Below are positions 8,501-16,483 of a DNA stretch of 64,000 nt, in pieces. The position numbers and the translations under genes were made by a program. A model generated the notes under the pieces. It saw only the letters and a program-made list of their open reading frames with translations. It searched no databases and was not told the origin of the DNA. The first letter of the stretch is position 1, and every line of letters starts with the position of its first letter. This DNA comes from Akkermansia muciniphila. Its GTDB lineage: Bacteria; Verrucomicrobiota; Verrucomicrobiia; Verrucomicrobiales; DEV007. Location: positions 1 through 64,000 of the forward strand of contig CAMCXS010000026.1 of the NCBI GenBank assembly GCA_945883495.1. Reading direction: 5' to 3'.

Positions 8501-10830
8501 GCACTACGCGTGAGCTAGGCCTCGCCCGTGCCCACCCGCTGGCCCGCGCGTTTGCACTCGTGTGGTGGCATCGCTTTTGCCCAGAAGAGACACGCACCTT
8601 GTGGGCATCGAAACTCTCGTCCTTCGCCCAACGCAATCGCCTCTTCCCCGGTGATCCGATCCAAGGCGAATACATCACCGCCTTGCAATCCCTACTGCGC
8701 AGTTTTGCGGAAACGACGGGCCTCTATCCCGCCGAGCGCGCGGATGCCGCAGGTGAATATCTTTTTCATCAACTCTCTGCCGGTTGGCCCGCCGCCGTCA
8801 CCCGCGAGGCCGATCAACTCACCACCGAATTCGCGCGCCAGATTACGCACGGCGGCGCGGAAAAGACTTTTGCCGAAGGCCGCGCTGCTCTCGCCGATCA
8901 CCCAGCCAGTGAACTCGCCCTCGTGCGCGATTGGTTGCGTGGCTACATTTTTTCCTCTGCCAAAGACGGCGCCGCACCGGACTTCCGCCACCACGAAGAA
9001 GCCTGCGCGCTGATCTTTTGCGGCGATGCCCTCCAGCGCCACGTCGTTAACGCCATCACTACCCACACGCTCACCGGCATGAAAGGCGCCCATGCGCGCA
9101 TGCAGGGGGGCGAATACAGTTTCGATCATCTCGATTTCCACGAACGCCTCGCTCGCCATGAGCGCGAAGTTGTCCCGCGCTTCGAGGCCTTTCACGCTCT
9201 CAAACAAGCACGCATTACCCGCGAACGCGCCTTGCTGCGACTCAATGAATTCAAGCCGCAGGTGCTCAGTTCCTTCGTGCGGAATCAGCTCATCGATGAC
9301 GTTTATCTACCGCTCATAGGCGATAACCTCGCCAAACAAATCGGTGCCGCTGGTGATAGCCGTCGCACCGACCTGATGGGCCTGCTGCTTGTTATCTCGC
9401 CGCCGGGCTATGGCAAGACGACCCTGTTAGAATACATCGCCAGCCGCCTCGGTATCGCCTTCATCAAAGTGAACGGCCCCGCTCTCGGACACAACGTCGT
9501 TTCGCTCGACCCCGAAGAAGCGCCGAACGCCGCAGCGCGTTCGGAAATCAACAAGCTCAACCTCGCGCTAGAAATGGGCGACAACGCCATGATCTGCGTG
9601 GATGACATTCAGCACTGCAATCCCGAGTTTTTGCAAAAGTTCATCTCCCTCTGCGACGGCCAACGCCGCATCGAAGGCGTGTGGCGCGGGCGCAGCCGGA
9701 CCTATGATTTGCGCGGGCGAAAAATCGTCGTCGTCATGGCGGGAAATCCTTACACCGAGAGCGGCACGCGCTTTCAAATTCCGGACATGCTCGCGAACCG
9801 CGCCGATACCTACAACCTCGGCGACATCATCGGTAATAGCGCGGGGGCCTTCAAGGCCAGCTACATCGAGAATGCCGTCACCTCGAATCCCGCCCTCGTG
9901 GCCCTAGCCAACAAGAGCCAAAAAGACGTGCGCGCTTTTATCCGCATCGCCGAGACCGGTCAGCGCGATGGCATCACTTTCGAGGCTAGTTACAGCTCAC
10001 GTGAGATCGAGGAAATCCTCTCGGTGATGAAAAAACTCGTCGCCATCCGCGATGTGGTGTTAAGTGTGAATCAACAATACATCCACTCCGCCGCGCAGGC
10101 CGATGAGTTCCGCACCGAGCCGCCGTTCCGCTTGCAGGGCTCTTATCGAAACATGAACCGCATGACCGAAAAAGTCGTCGCCATCATGAACGATGCCGAA
10201 GTGCGCGGGCTCATCATCGATCACTACCGCGGCGAATCCCAAACCCTCACCACCGGCACCGAGGCGAACTTTTTCAAGTTCAAAGAAATCATCGGCGATC
10301 TAACAGCAGAAGAGCAAACCCGCTGGGACGACATCAAGCGCACCTTCCAGCGCAACACCATCGCGAAAGGCGCTGGCGGCAATGAGGACCCTGTAGGACG
10401 CGTCGTCGCCCAACTCCATGGCTTCCAAACTGGCCTCGAAGGCATCCGCGAAACCATCGCCGGCCAACTCGCCCACCCACAGCCCGCCCCACAAATCAAT
10501 TTCGACTTCGCCCCCATCGGCAAAGCCATCGATAGCCTACGCGCTGACCTCATCCGACCCACCGGCGAGATCCCCGAACTGCGCAGTGTGCTCCACGAGC
10601 TAGAGATGGTTCACAGCACGCTCGCCACTTTAAAAGACCTAGCCGCCCGCCAACGCGAACACCTCGACGATGCACGACGTTTGTTAGACGAGCGCGCTCG
10701 TCAAGGCTCCGTGGAAATTGAAGTCACCCAAGACCTCTTAGCCAACGAATCCGCTTTTCTCGAACATTTCCACAAAGCACTCGCCGATGCCAAAGAAGCG
10801 AAGAAAGCAAAAGATCCTACTAAAGAATAA
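5530..10830 (+). CDS. giant (1766 aa) multidomain protein with a C-terminal AAA_5 (MoxR/McrB/dynein-related) ATPase module
   Basis: Uninterrupted 5.3 kb ORF starting 66 nt after the flotillin stop. Residues 1-480 are beta-rich and Gly/Asp/Phe/Tyr-rich; residues about 480-1250 are largely alpha-helical coiled coil. Near nt 9370-9900: Walker A VISPPGYGKTTLLEYI, Walker B MICVDDIQHCNPEFLQKF (D-D rather than D-E), sensor-1 KIVVVMAGNPYTE, and PDMLANRADTY, matching the AAA_5 pattern hhhhDEinrA...atmNP...LlsRF. About 300 aa of C-terminal helical tail. Confidence 0.8.
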   Translation: MSEDPNKPSTTAAVADAPKADGAAEALGSATYEIIRQRLTVQGESLHERMAKLDARRAEVFGSIESKLLQADRIVTQHNCTPRDMVQLGDDRFLFAFNVRFGLKKEMELADVFAVYRRDPETGSFREDSLDVINDPRFVTDFKRLYNVYERSSFRKFAVREGKLFMKFGTGAALTDFAAFVWEFNDGNLKFLDGRAEAEFRRIGYPPAHEFRWQKPDRESYRYGDHSHISIQDRVFVECVNGDFTVKVEDNTKDGEGIFREPVDDRHQKLDDAEIEYAIVNQLIILKVRPYKEKDFRYYIFNEKQHSVVRADSIGESCVLLPESHGLMFPDGYYLATGELKQFDCRIRSMQIERVIQAPNGEDVLYVFYNRSTGDYALMPYRLIQQRVDERITCHGFSLFPNGHLLLFRADAEPQKHHMIQLRQTPYHMPGYEPEGRRDAFLYQVGNREVVRCLAECNEVLTLIRREEPYAELYTDLVRRCSAILDSYPWLSHADGFAIDAALRAVGEAADRAVDEFDRVTRMRREAVERVAKARKECELRIQEIRRANFGALNDYVVNLAALRGLRGELISLREVRYVVVAEVEALEKQVVEEAKTLSEKCVEFLLRPESLEPYRKAAMAHLAAVDGVRTVAEGKKIEEAAGKEGGELEMLIEVVNGLRIEDATQTTRIIDGITTVYSTLNQVRAALRNRLSDLASTEGAAQFAAQMKLLGQAASSYLDLCNTPAKCDEYLNRLSVQIEELEGRFAGFDEFTVSLAERRTELYEAFEQRKVALVEERNRRANSLSTASERILKVIVNRLDGFKVLDEINAYMASDMMVSRVRETVAQLLELGDAPRADALESKLKSAQQEAVRRLKDRQELFADGDNIIRLGKHSFNVSTQPLDLTVVLREGVQHVHITGTQYFDPITDEEFVATRDVWDQELVSETRDVYRAEYLAWQMLKTWNGEALPTAEEETLERVQQFMGARYVEGYTRGIHDIDGAKILTALISTTRELGLARAHPLARAFALVWWHRFCPEETRTLWASKLSSFAQRNRLFPGDPIQGEYITALQSLLRSFAETTGLYPAERADAAGEYLFHQLSAGWPAAVTREADQLTTEFARQITHGGAEKTFAEGRAALADHPASELALVRDWLRGYIFSSAKDGAAPDFRHHEEACALIFCGDALQRHVVNAITTHTLTGMKGAHARMQGGEYSFDHLDFHERLARHEREVVPRFEAFHALKQARITRERALLRLNEFKPQVLSSFVRNQLIDDVYLPLIGDNLAKQIGAAGDSRRTDLMGLLLVISPPGYGKTTLLEYIASRLGIAFIKVNGPALGHNVVSLDPEEAPNAAARSEINKLNLALEMGDNAMICVDDIQHCNPEFLQKFISLCDGQRRIEGVWRGRSRTYDLRGRKIVVVMAGNPYTESGTRFQIPDMLANRADTYNLGDIIGNSAGAFKASYIENAVTSNPALVALANKSQKDVRAFIRIAETGQRDGITFEASYSSREIEEILSVMKKLVAIRDVVLSVNQQYIHSAAQADEFRTEPPFRLQGSYRNMNRMTEKVVAIMNDAEVRGLIIDHYRGESQTLTTGTEANFFKFKEIIGDLTAEEQTRWDDIKRTFQRNTIAKGAGGNEDPVGRVVAQLHGFQTGLEGIRETIAGQLAHPQPAPQINFDFAPIGKAIDSLRADLIRPTGEIPELRSVLHELEMVHSTLATLKDLAARQREHLDDARRLLDERARQGSVEIEVTQDLLANESAFLEHFHKALADAKEAKKAKDPTKE

Positions 10831-10903
10831 TTCCACTACACAGATTCAAAAAAATCTCTAAGATCCGTTAATCCGTCGTAAAAAAAGATACACTCATACC
10901 ATC

Positions 10904-11686
10904 ATGAAACAAATTATCAGGCGTGTGCAAACACTCAACGAACGGGCCTCCGAACTCACCGCCGTCGCAGGCCAACTGCCCCAACGCGTCGCCGAACTGC
11001 GCGAAGCAATGAAGGCGACCACTGGCGAGCTACAGACCTTGAAGTCCGATATCCAAGTCAACATCGCTGATCTCCAAATTGAACACGAAGACGATATCGG
11101 AGCCGCCTTAGTCGAGGTAGCCGGGCACGCTGCTGTTTTCCAACAAGCCGGATTTTTGTTAGACGGACTCGATGTTGAGGTCAGCCTTATCCAGCGCATC
11201 ATTGTGCAACTCAAACGCCAGAAGGACGTGGACCTTGGCAAAATCCAAGAACTGATCCAGCAATACCGTGACCAAGCCACCATGCGCGCCATCCTCTCGG
11301 CCATCTTCAAAGCGCGAACTATGGTAGACAACATCGAGATCGACGGACTTGAATACGAAAAACTCATCATCAGCATAGGCCCCGTGCCCACCATCCGTCT
11401 CAGTTGGCGCGACCGCAATGCGGCCTCCGTCGCCCAAGCATGGAAACCCACAGCTTCGCAACCTCTCACCATCGGAGCACAAACCTCATTCTTTGGTCCC
11501 GCGCTCCAACCCACACTCACCAGCGAAAAAGAATCGATTGGACCAGAAATTGCAGAGGAAGAAACACCGACCAACACCATCCCTGTAGCTCCGATCGCAC
11601 CAGTCAGACCTCCACCGCTACCGCAGGTACCAGTCGATCCACTCGCCCGCTTCAAAGTAATGCCTCACCTGAACCGCCCGCAGTAA
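10904..11686 (+). CDS. coiled-coil protein with Pro-rich C-terminal tail (hypothetical; third gene of the flotillin operon)
   Basis: Begins 74 nt after the giant gene on the same strand. The first 150 aa have heptad-like character (LNERASELTAVAGQLPQRVAELREAMKATTGELQTLKSDI...). C-terminus is PVAPIAPVRPPPLPQVPVDPLARFKVMPHLNRPQ. The ORF on the opposite strand (10894-11655) is S/T/W/C-rich nonsense. Confidence 0.55.
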   Translation: MKQIIRRVQTLNERASELTAVAGQLPQRVAELREAMKATTGELQTLKSDIQVNIADLQIEHEDDIGAALVEVAGHAAVFQQAGFLLDGLDVEVSLIQRIIVQLKRQKDVDLGKIQELIQQYRDQATMRAILSAIFKARTMVDNIEIDGLEYEKLIISIGPVPTIRLSWRDRNAASVAQAWKPTASQPLTIGAQTSFFGPALQPTLTSEKESIGPEIAEEETPTNTIPVAPIAPVRPPPLPQVPVDPLARFKVMPHLNRPQ

Positions 11687-11824
11687 GTGCCTCACGTCAC
11701 AGTTGGATAAACGAAAAGCAGAGGGTTTGCGAAAACGATGATGGGAAGCTTTGATGCCTTGACTGTCATATCGAAAAATAGACCCAAATACAGCTGCTCC
11801 TCCAAGGACAGACCAGACAACTAC

Positions 11825-12241
11825 CTAGACCACCAGACCCGCTACTCTGAACGTCCCTAGCTTCAGCGCGAAGAGCGGGGCAGTGGGATTGCCGCAAAAA
11901 AGGTGGGTGATACTCTGGCCTTTACCGACATCATTTGCCTCGAATGCTTGGATGATTTCATCGAGGAAACCATTGCTGTGCCTGAGGTTCTTCCGGTGCG
12001 CAGTGGTCGTTGCTATTGGTCTTTTGCCCCTGCGGGTGGCGTCCGCGCCGTCGCCGGTGGTGCCACCGCTCAGGAAATGGATGGCGCCGTCCCTGCGGAC
12101 GTAGCCAAGACCGAGATCAACATCGCCCGGGAGTTGCGGGCTTGGTGCGGGGTTGCCAATGTATGCATTCCGGTCACAAGCGGCCAGGAACCCCGCAAGG
12201 AGCAGGGCGAAAGCATGAGTGAGGATCGTTTGCCATTTCAT
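11825..12241 (-). CDS. small lipoprotein (hypothetical)
   Basis: Internal start MKWQTILTHAFALLLAGFLAAC gives a signal peptide plus lipobox. About 138 aa. Confidence 0.45.
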   Translation of the reverse strand: MKWQTILTHAFALLLAGFLAACDRNAYIGNPAPSPQLPGDVDLGLGYVRRDGAIHFLSGGTTGDGADATRRGKRPIATTTAHRKNLRHSNGFLDEIIQAFEANDVGKGQSITHLFCGNPTAPLFALKLGTFRVAGLVV

Positions 12242-12352
12242 GATGATGTGGGGTTGGACGAGGATTTGCGGGCGGAACTGCCCTTGAAACGCATCTGGAC
12301 GATTGTGGCGCATAAAGCCCAGTCGGTTGACTCTTCCGGGAGGACAACGGCT

Positions 12353-12889
12353 TCAGCCGCCAGCCCGATTGGCGGGCACGGCGGCTTTGCGTTTCAAAAA
12401 TTCGGCCTCGTCGATTTTCTTGAGAAGGAAGGGGGGCTGATCTTTCCCTCCCATTACGGTGATCTGCTGGTCCTTGATGAGGAGTTCCAGCTCCTGTTTC
12501 TTGTCAGCGGGGTCTGGGCTAATGGCGCGGACCTTGAGCGAACCGGCGGCTTTATCAGCAGCGAGGATTTCGTAGGCTACGACCGCGACTCCTTGTTCCG
12601 AATAGACGTGGACCTTTCCCAGTTCGACATGGAAGGTGATTTTTGAGAACTTCTCGGTTACGGCTTGGCTTTCTTCCTCCGGCATTCCCATTTTCTCGAT
12701 ATAAAACTTCACGAGGGCTTCCGTATCAGGTGCCCAGTAGCCGATGGCCTTTTTCTCCAGTTGCTTGGCGGCATCGCCGTTGGGCATTTCTGCGGCAGGT
12801 TTGGCCTCAGGCTTGGCCTCCGGTTCGGCAGCAGGGGCCAGGAGGGCGAGGGTGATCAGAGTGATGGTGGATATGGCGATGTTTTTCAT
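12353..12889 (-). CDS. secreted hypothetical protein with (PEAK)n N-terminal repeat
   Basis: Signal peptide MKNIAISTITLITLALLAPAA followed by EPEAKPEAKPAAE and a globular domain. The plus-strand ORF 11903-12646 overlapping this gene and the previous one is judged antisense. Confidence 0.55.
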   Translation of the reverse strand: MKNIAISTITLITLALLAPAAEPEAKPEAKPAAEMPNGDAAKQLEKKAIGYWAPDTEALVKFYIEKMGMPEEESQAVTEKFSKITFHVELGKVHVYSEQGVAVVAYEILAADKAAGSLKVRAISPDPADKKQELELLIKDQQITVMGGKDQPPFLLKKIDEAEFLKRKAAVPANRAGG

Positions 12890-12971
12890 TTGTTTTGGTG
12901 GTTGGATTGTGTTGATTGCGTGTGATGTCTGGGGATTTTTCTGGGACGGGTTGTCGAATTAGGGCTCGATT

Positions 12972-13517
12972 TTATGGGCTATCGGCCAAGTTTGGCATCA
13001 AACGATTTCGCGTTTTTGCCGGCATGCTTCCTTTCAGTCGATGCCGTGTGCCGTTGAGTGTCATGTCCATGGTGACGTGTAGCACGGAATTTTCCCGATA
13101 GGGGATACCGTTTTTTTCGCGATCCGGATATCCATGGATCTGTTGCGTCCAGAAATTCTTGTTTTGGTTTTCGACAAGAACTTTCTCGCGAGAGTCATCC
13201 AAATGATAGGCGAAGGAATGGATTTGGATCGATGCAACATAGGGACTCTGGCCGAATTTCTTTCCCTTTTCGCGGACATGGAATTGCAACGCAAGGTATG
13301 GGTCTGTCGTGAGTTTCTTGAAACCCGGCACGACACGCTCCGAGTCAGGATACCAGGCAGGAAAGGTGCTTACCGAGAGCTCGTTTTTCGGATCGAGCGG
13401 AGCCACCCATTCAGCATATTCCGACGTTTGGATCTGGGCACAGCTCGTGATCAAACCAACCAAGCCGAATGATGACAAGGCGAGGGCGCATTGGTATAGT
13501 TTGAATTTCATGGGCAT
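12972..13517 (-). CDS. lipoprotein (hypothetical)
   Basis: MPMKFKLYQCALALSSFGLVGLITSC: signal peptide plus lipobox. About 180 aa. Confidence 0.5.
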   Translation of the reverse strand: MPMKFKLYQCALALSSFGLVGLITSCAQIQTSEYAEWVAPLDPKNELSVSTFPAWYPDSERVVPGFKKLTTDPYLALQFHVREKGKKFGQSPYVASIQIHSFAYHLDDSREKVLVENQNKNFWTQQIHGYPDREKNGIPYRENSVLHVTMDMTLNGTRHRLKGSMPAKTRNRLMPNLADSP

Positions 13518-13561
13518 TGGCTTGTTTTGAGTGCGTGGCGTAGGAAGGGAAAATGTTACCG

Positions 13562-14074
13562 CTATTCCTCCCATTCGGTAGCGGCTTGGATATCGCCATC
13601 ACTCGTGACATAGGTTTGCAAGAGTTCGAGCGCTTTCTCCGCGCTGGGAATGGGTTGCGACTTTTTCACGATCGCGCTCGTCGCGCCTCCGAGCATGGGT
13701 CCGGGTCGGGACCAGATCGCAGAGAAGCCTTTTTGATCACCTGACGCAGACTTGAGCTTGAGTGACCGTCCGGCATCCAATTCGATCATGAAAGATGCTT
13801 TCGCTGATTCGTTGCTCCACTCCATTTCTCTAAAGCGCTCCTCCATGAGTTGTCGAGTCTTGGGGTTTTGCGTGATCGAATTGGCTTCGTCCGATTGCTC
13901 GAGACCGTTGGCAGCGATCCATGTGCGTACGAATTTCGGGTAATCCGCAGACACGGTTGACGATGGTGACTCCGTCGGTGCTGCGCCACCTCGTTCGTCT
14001 TTCTTTTCGCAACTGTTCAAGACAACTATTGCAGGCAATGCGAACGAGATCATAATAGTTCTTAGTATTTTCAT
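13562..14074 (-). CDS. lipoprotein (hypothetical)
   Basis: MKILRTIMISFALPAIVVLNSC: signal peptide plus lipobox. 170 aa. Confidence 0.5.
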   Translation of the reverse strand: MKILRTIMISFALPAIVVLNSCEKKDERGGAAPTESPSSTVSADYPKFVRTWIAANGLEQSDEANSITQNPKTRQLMEERFREMEWSNESAKASFMIELDAGRSLKLKSASGDQKGFSAIWSRPGPMLGGATSAIVKKSQPIPSAEKALELLQTYVTSDGDIQAATEWEE

Positions 14075-14221
14075 AATTCAGGTAGTTTTGGTGTAGTGTT
14101 TCTGGGTAGAAGGGTAAGCTCATCGGCTGCGGACGCGAAAAAAGAACCCGCAAGTGAGGTGGTGACTGCGATTCCGACGATTGTCTTTTTCATGAAGTTC
14201 ATGTGTGTGATTTGAAAAAAT

Positions 14222-16483
14222 TCAGCCGACGCCGATCCAGCGGCGGCGCATCTCCCATTCGAGGGTGATGAGGGCGATGAGAACCCCGATAACCCACCAA
14301 CGGTCCCAGATGGAGCGCTGGCCGTACTCGACAATGCGGCTGCCGAGGGGATCGACCTTGATGGACCATTTCTCCGGATCCTCGCCAAGCAGGCGGCCGC
14401 CTCCGAGTTTGGCGAGTTCCTCCATGAGCGAGCGGTTTGCGGCGGTGGATTCCTGTTCCCTTTTGTCGGGGACGACGTTGACGAGCGCACGGGCGAAAAG
14501 CGGGTCGAGCCCGGGCTGCTCCATGCGGGCGGCGTAGATCCATCTTCCTTCGTCCGTCGCCGGCGACTCGGCGATCCATGTGCGGGTGAGTTCGTCGCGG
14601 ATCAGCGGGACGGTCGAAGGTTCGCCGCCGGGCAGTGCCTTGCTCAGGGTCACGGCAGCATTCGGGTCGCTCTGAGGAAAGGGAATCCGGACGCGGATGG
14701 TCTCGCCCGGCACCGCCACGTTGGCGCTCACTTCCAGTCGTAGGTCGCCGCTCTTGCGACGGATTCTTTCCGCAGCGAGCCAGCGGATCGATTGATTCCA
14801 GAACCTCCGGTAGTAAAGGGTGCGATCCTGCGCGGTGCCGAAACTCCTCTCGAAATCCTGGCCCCAGCCCGGGGTGGTGTCGGATGTGAAAGCCATGGTG
14901 CGGCCCCGACCGATCTGCTGCACCGCGAAGACAATCAGCGGGCCGTATTGATTGGATTGCTTGGGGTTGACCGCCAGCACTTTTGCTCCGGGCTTGGCGC
15001 GGTTCACCGTGTTGAGTCCGTAGAATCCGGGGAAATCCGATTTCCAAACCTTTGCGGTGTCAGCCTTCGAGGTGCCCATCGTCATGATGGGATGATCGAG
15101 GGCATCCTCCGGCACCTTCAAGCCGAAGAAGCCGCTGTCATAGCCCTCGTTTCCGTAAACATCCACGGGCATGAGCTTGTCGATGACCGTCTCATCGTAG
15201 TTGCCCGCTCCGAACGCGGTGTAGCCGCCGATCATCACGAAGCCGCCGCCGTGTTCCTCCACAAGGGAAACCGTTAGGTCAAGCTGCTCCGGGGTGAACG
15301 CCTCCTTGTAGATGTCGCTGTTGATGATCACATCGTATTGCAGCATCTCATCGAGAGTCTTCGGGTAGCCCTTGGATGGATGCGCGATGTTGTAAACCTT
15401 GCGCCCGTTGGCGTCGACCGTGAAGGGCACCTTGCGTGATTGATCGAAGGAATCGGATTGCGGGAAAAACAAACTCGTCACCTCGATGTCAGGATCGGTT
15501 TCTAGCGCATTTTCCAAGGTGTGGCCTCCGCCGGGTGTGCCTTCCATATTGATCACACGGATCTTCCTGTCCTGCACATCCACGCCGACGAGGCCGCTGT
15601 TGTTATCGGTGAGGCGCTCGCCCTCCAAGGGCTCCAGCTCGACTTCGTAAATTTGGAATCCTTTGAATGGAGTAGGGAAAATGATCTCGAAAGGCTTGGC
15701 CTCGCCCGCGGTGGAAAGGAAGGACTCGTGCACCGTCCGCCCCTCGCATTTCACGCGGAGCAGGGCTTTCTTCCCATCGAATCCCGAGCTGTGCAGGACT
15801 CCGTTGAGGCGGACTTCCGCGGTGTAAAGCGATGCCTGTGCCGCGCTGAGATCTGTCAGTCGGAGATCGGGCGCTTCCTCCGGTGTTCCGATCAGGCGGG
15901 TGTAGAGCGGAATGTTCGCTTCCTTGAAAAAACGAGCCGCACGCCGAGCCCCTTCCGCATCACGGGTCTGGCCGTCGCTCACAAGGATCGCGGCGCCGAG
16001 CGAGCGGGTGCGTTCATCGCCGAGCGCGGTTTCCAAGGCCTTGCCGATGTCGGAGCCGGTTCCCGTCGCTGTGAGAGATTCCGGATCCGCGATCTGTCCG
16101 GCGCCTTCCGCGAAGCGATACCAACGGAGGCGGACTTCCTCATCGGCGATTTCGCGGATGGCACCGATGTTTTGCTTGAGCTGTTCAGTGCGGGGAGGGG
16201 AGACCGCGTCATCGCGCAAAGCCATGCTTGCGGAATCATCGAGCAGGACCGCCACGTCCTGCGGTTCGCGGAATTCGCGGCGCTCGACGCGGTGGGGATT
16301 GAGAAGGATCAGGAGAAGCAGAGCGAGCAATGCACCGCGCAGAATCAGCCAGACCATGCGCCTGCCTGGCCCCGGTCCGGACGGAGCGGTGAGGGTATTC
16401 CATGCCACTACGGCAAAGAGGATGCCGATGGCAGCGGCGATCCAGTAAAAGGAAGTAAAGGGTGTCCACTCCATAAGGTTCAT
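14222..16483 (-). CDS. BatA-like membrane protein with vWA domain (last gene of the MoxR-type operon)
   Basis: N-terminal TM helices and the vWA MIDAS motif VLLDDSASM. C-terminal GGGFVMIGGYTAFG glutamine-amidotransferase-like fold, typical of BatA-family proteins. Start codon overlaps the stop of the upstream gene. Confidence 0.8.
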   Translation of the reverse strand: MNLMEWTPFTSFYWIAAAIGILFAVVAWNTLTAPSGPGPGRRMVWLILRGALLALLLLILLNPHRVERREFREPQDVAVLLDDSASMALRDDAVSPPRTEQLKQNIGAIREIADEEVRLRWYRFAEGAGQIADPESLTATGTGSDIGKALETALGDERTRSLGAAILVSDGQTRDAEGARRAARFFKEANIPLYTRLIGTPEEAPDLRLTDLSAAQASLYTAEVRLNGVLHSSGFDGKKALLRVKCEGRTVHESFLSTAGEAKPFEIIFPTPFKGFQIYEVELEPLEGERLTDNNSGLVGVDVQDRKIRVINMEGTPGGGHTLENALETDPDIEVTSLFFPQSDSFDQSRKVPFTVDANGRKVYNIAHPSKGYPKTLDEMLQYDVIINSDIYKEAFTPEQLDLTVSLVEEHGGGFVMIGGYTAFGAGNYDETVIDKLMPVDVYGNEGYDSGFFGLKVPEDALDHPIMTMGTSKADTAKVWKSDFPGFYGLNTVNRAKPGAKVLAVNPKQSNQYGPLIVFAVQQIGRGRTMAFTSDTTPGWGQDFERSFGTAQDRTLYYRRFWNQSIRWLAAERIRRKSGDLRLEVSANVAVPGETIRVRIPFPQSDPNAAVTLSKALPGGEPSTVPLIRDELTRTWIAESPATDEGRWIYAARMEQPGLDPLFARALVNVVPDKREQESTAANRSLMEELAKLGGGRLLGEDPEKWSIKVDPLGSRIVEYGQRSIWDRWWVIGVLIALITLEWEMRRRWIGVG

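Noticed and set aside
10894-11655. 253-aa minus-strand ORF opposite the coiled-coil gene
   Set aside because: S/T/W/C/M-rich nonsense. The plus-strand product has coherent coiled-coil character and follows the operon.
11903-12646. 247-aa plus-strand ORF
   Set aside because: It overlaps two minus-strand ORFs that each start with a convincing signal peptide or lipobox. The plus-strand product has no start context or domain features.
14199-15047. 282-aa Arg/Pro/His-rich ORF and the 14071-14490 ORF overlapping the vWA gene
   Set aside because: They read the vWA gene in a different frame or run past its end. Composition is typical of out-of-frame high-GC sequence.
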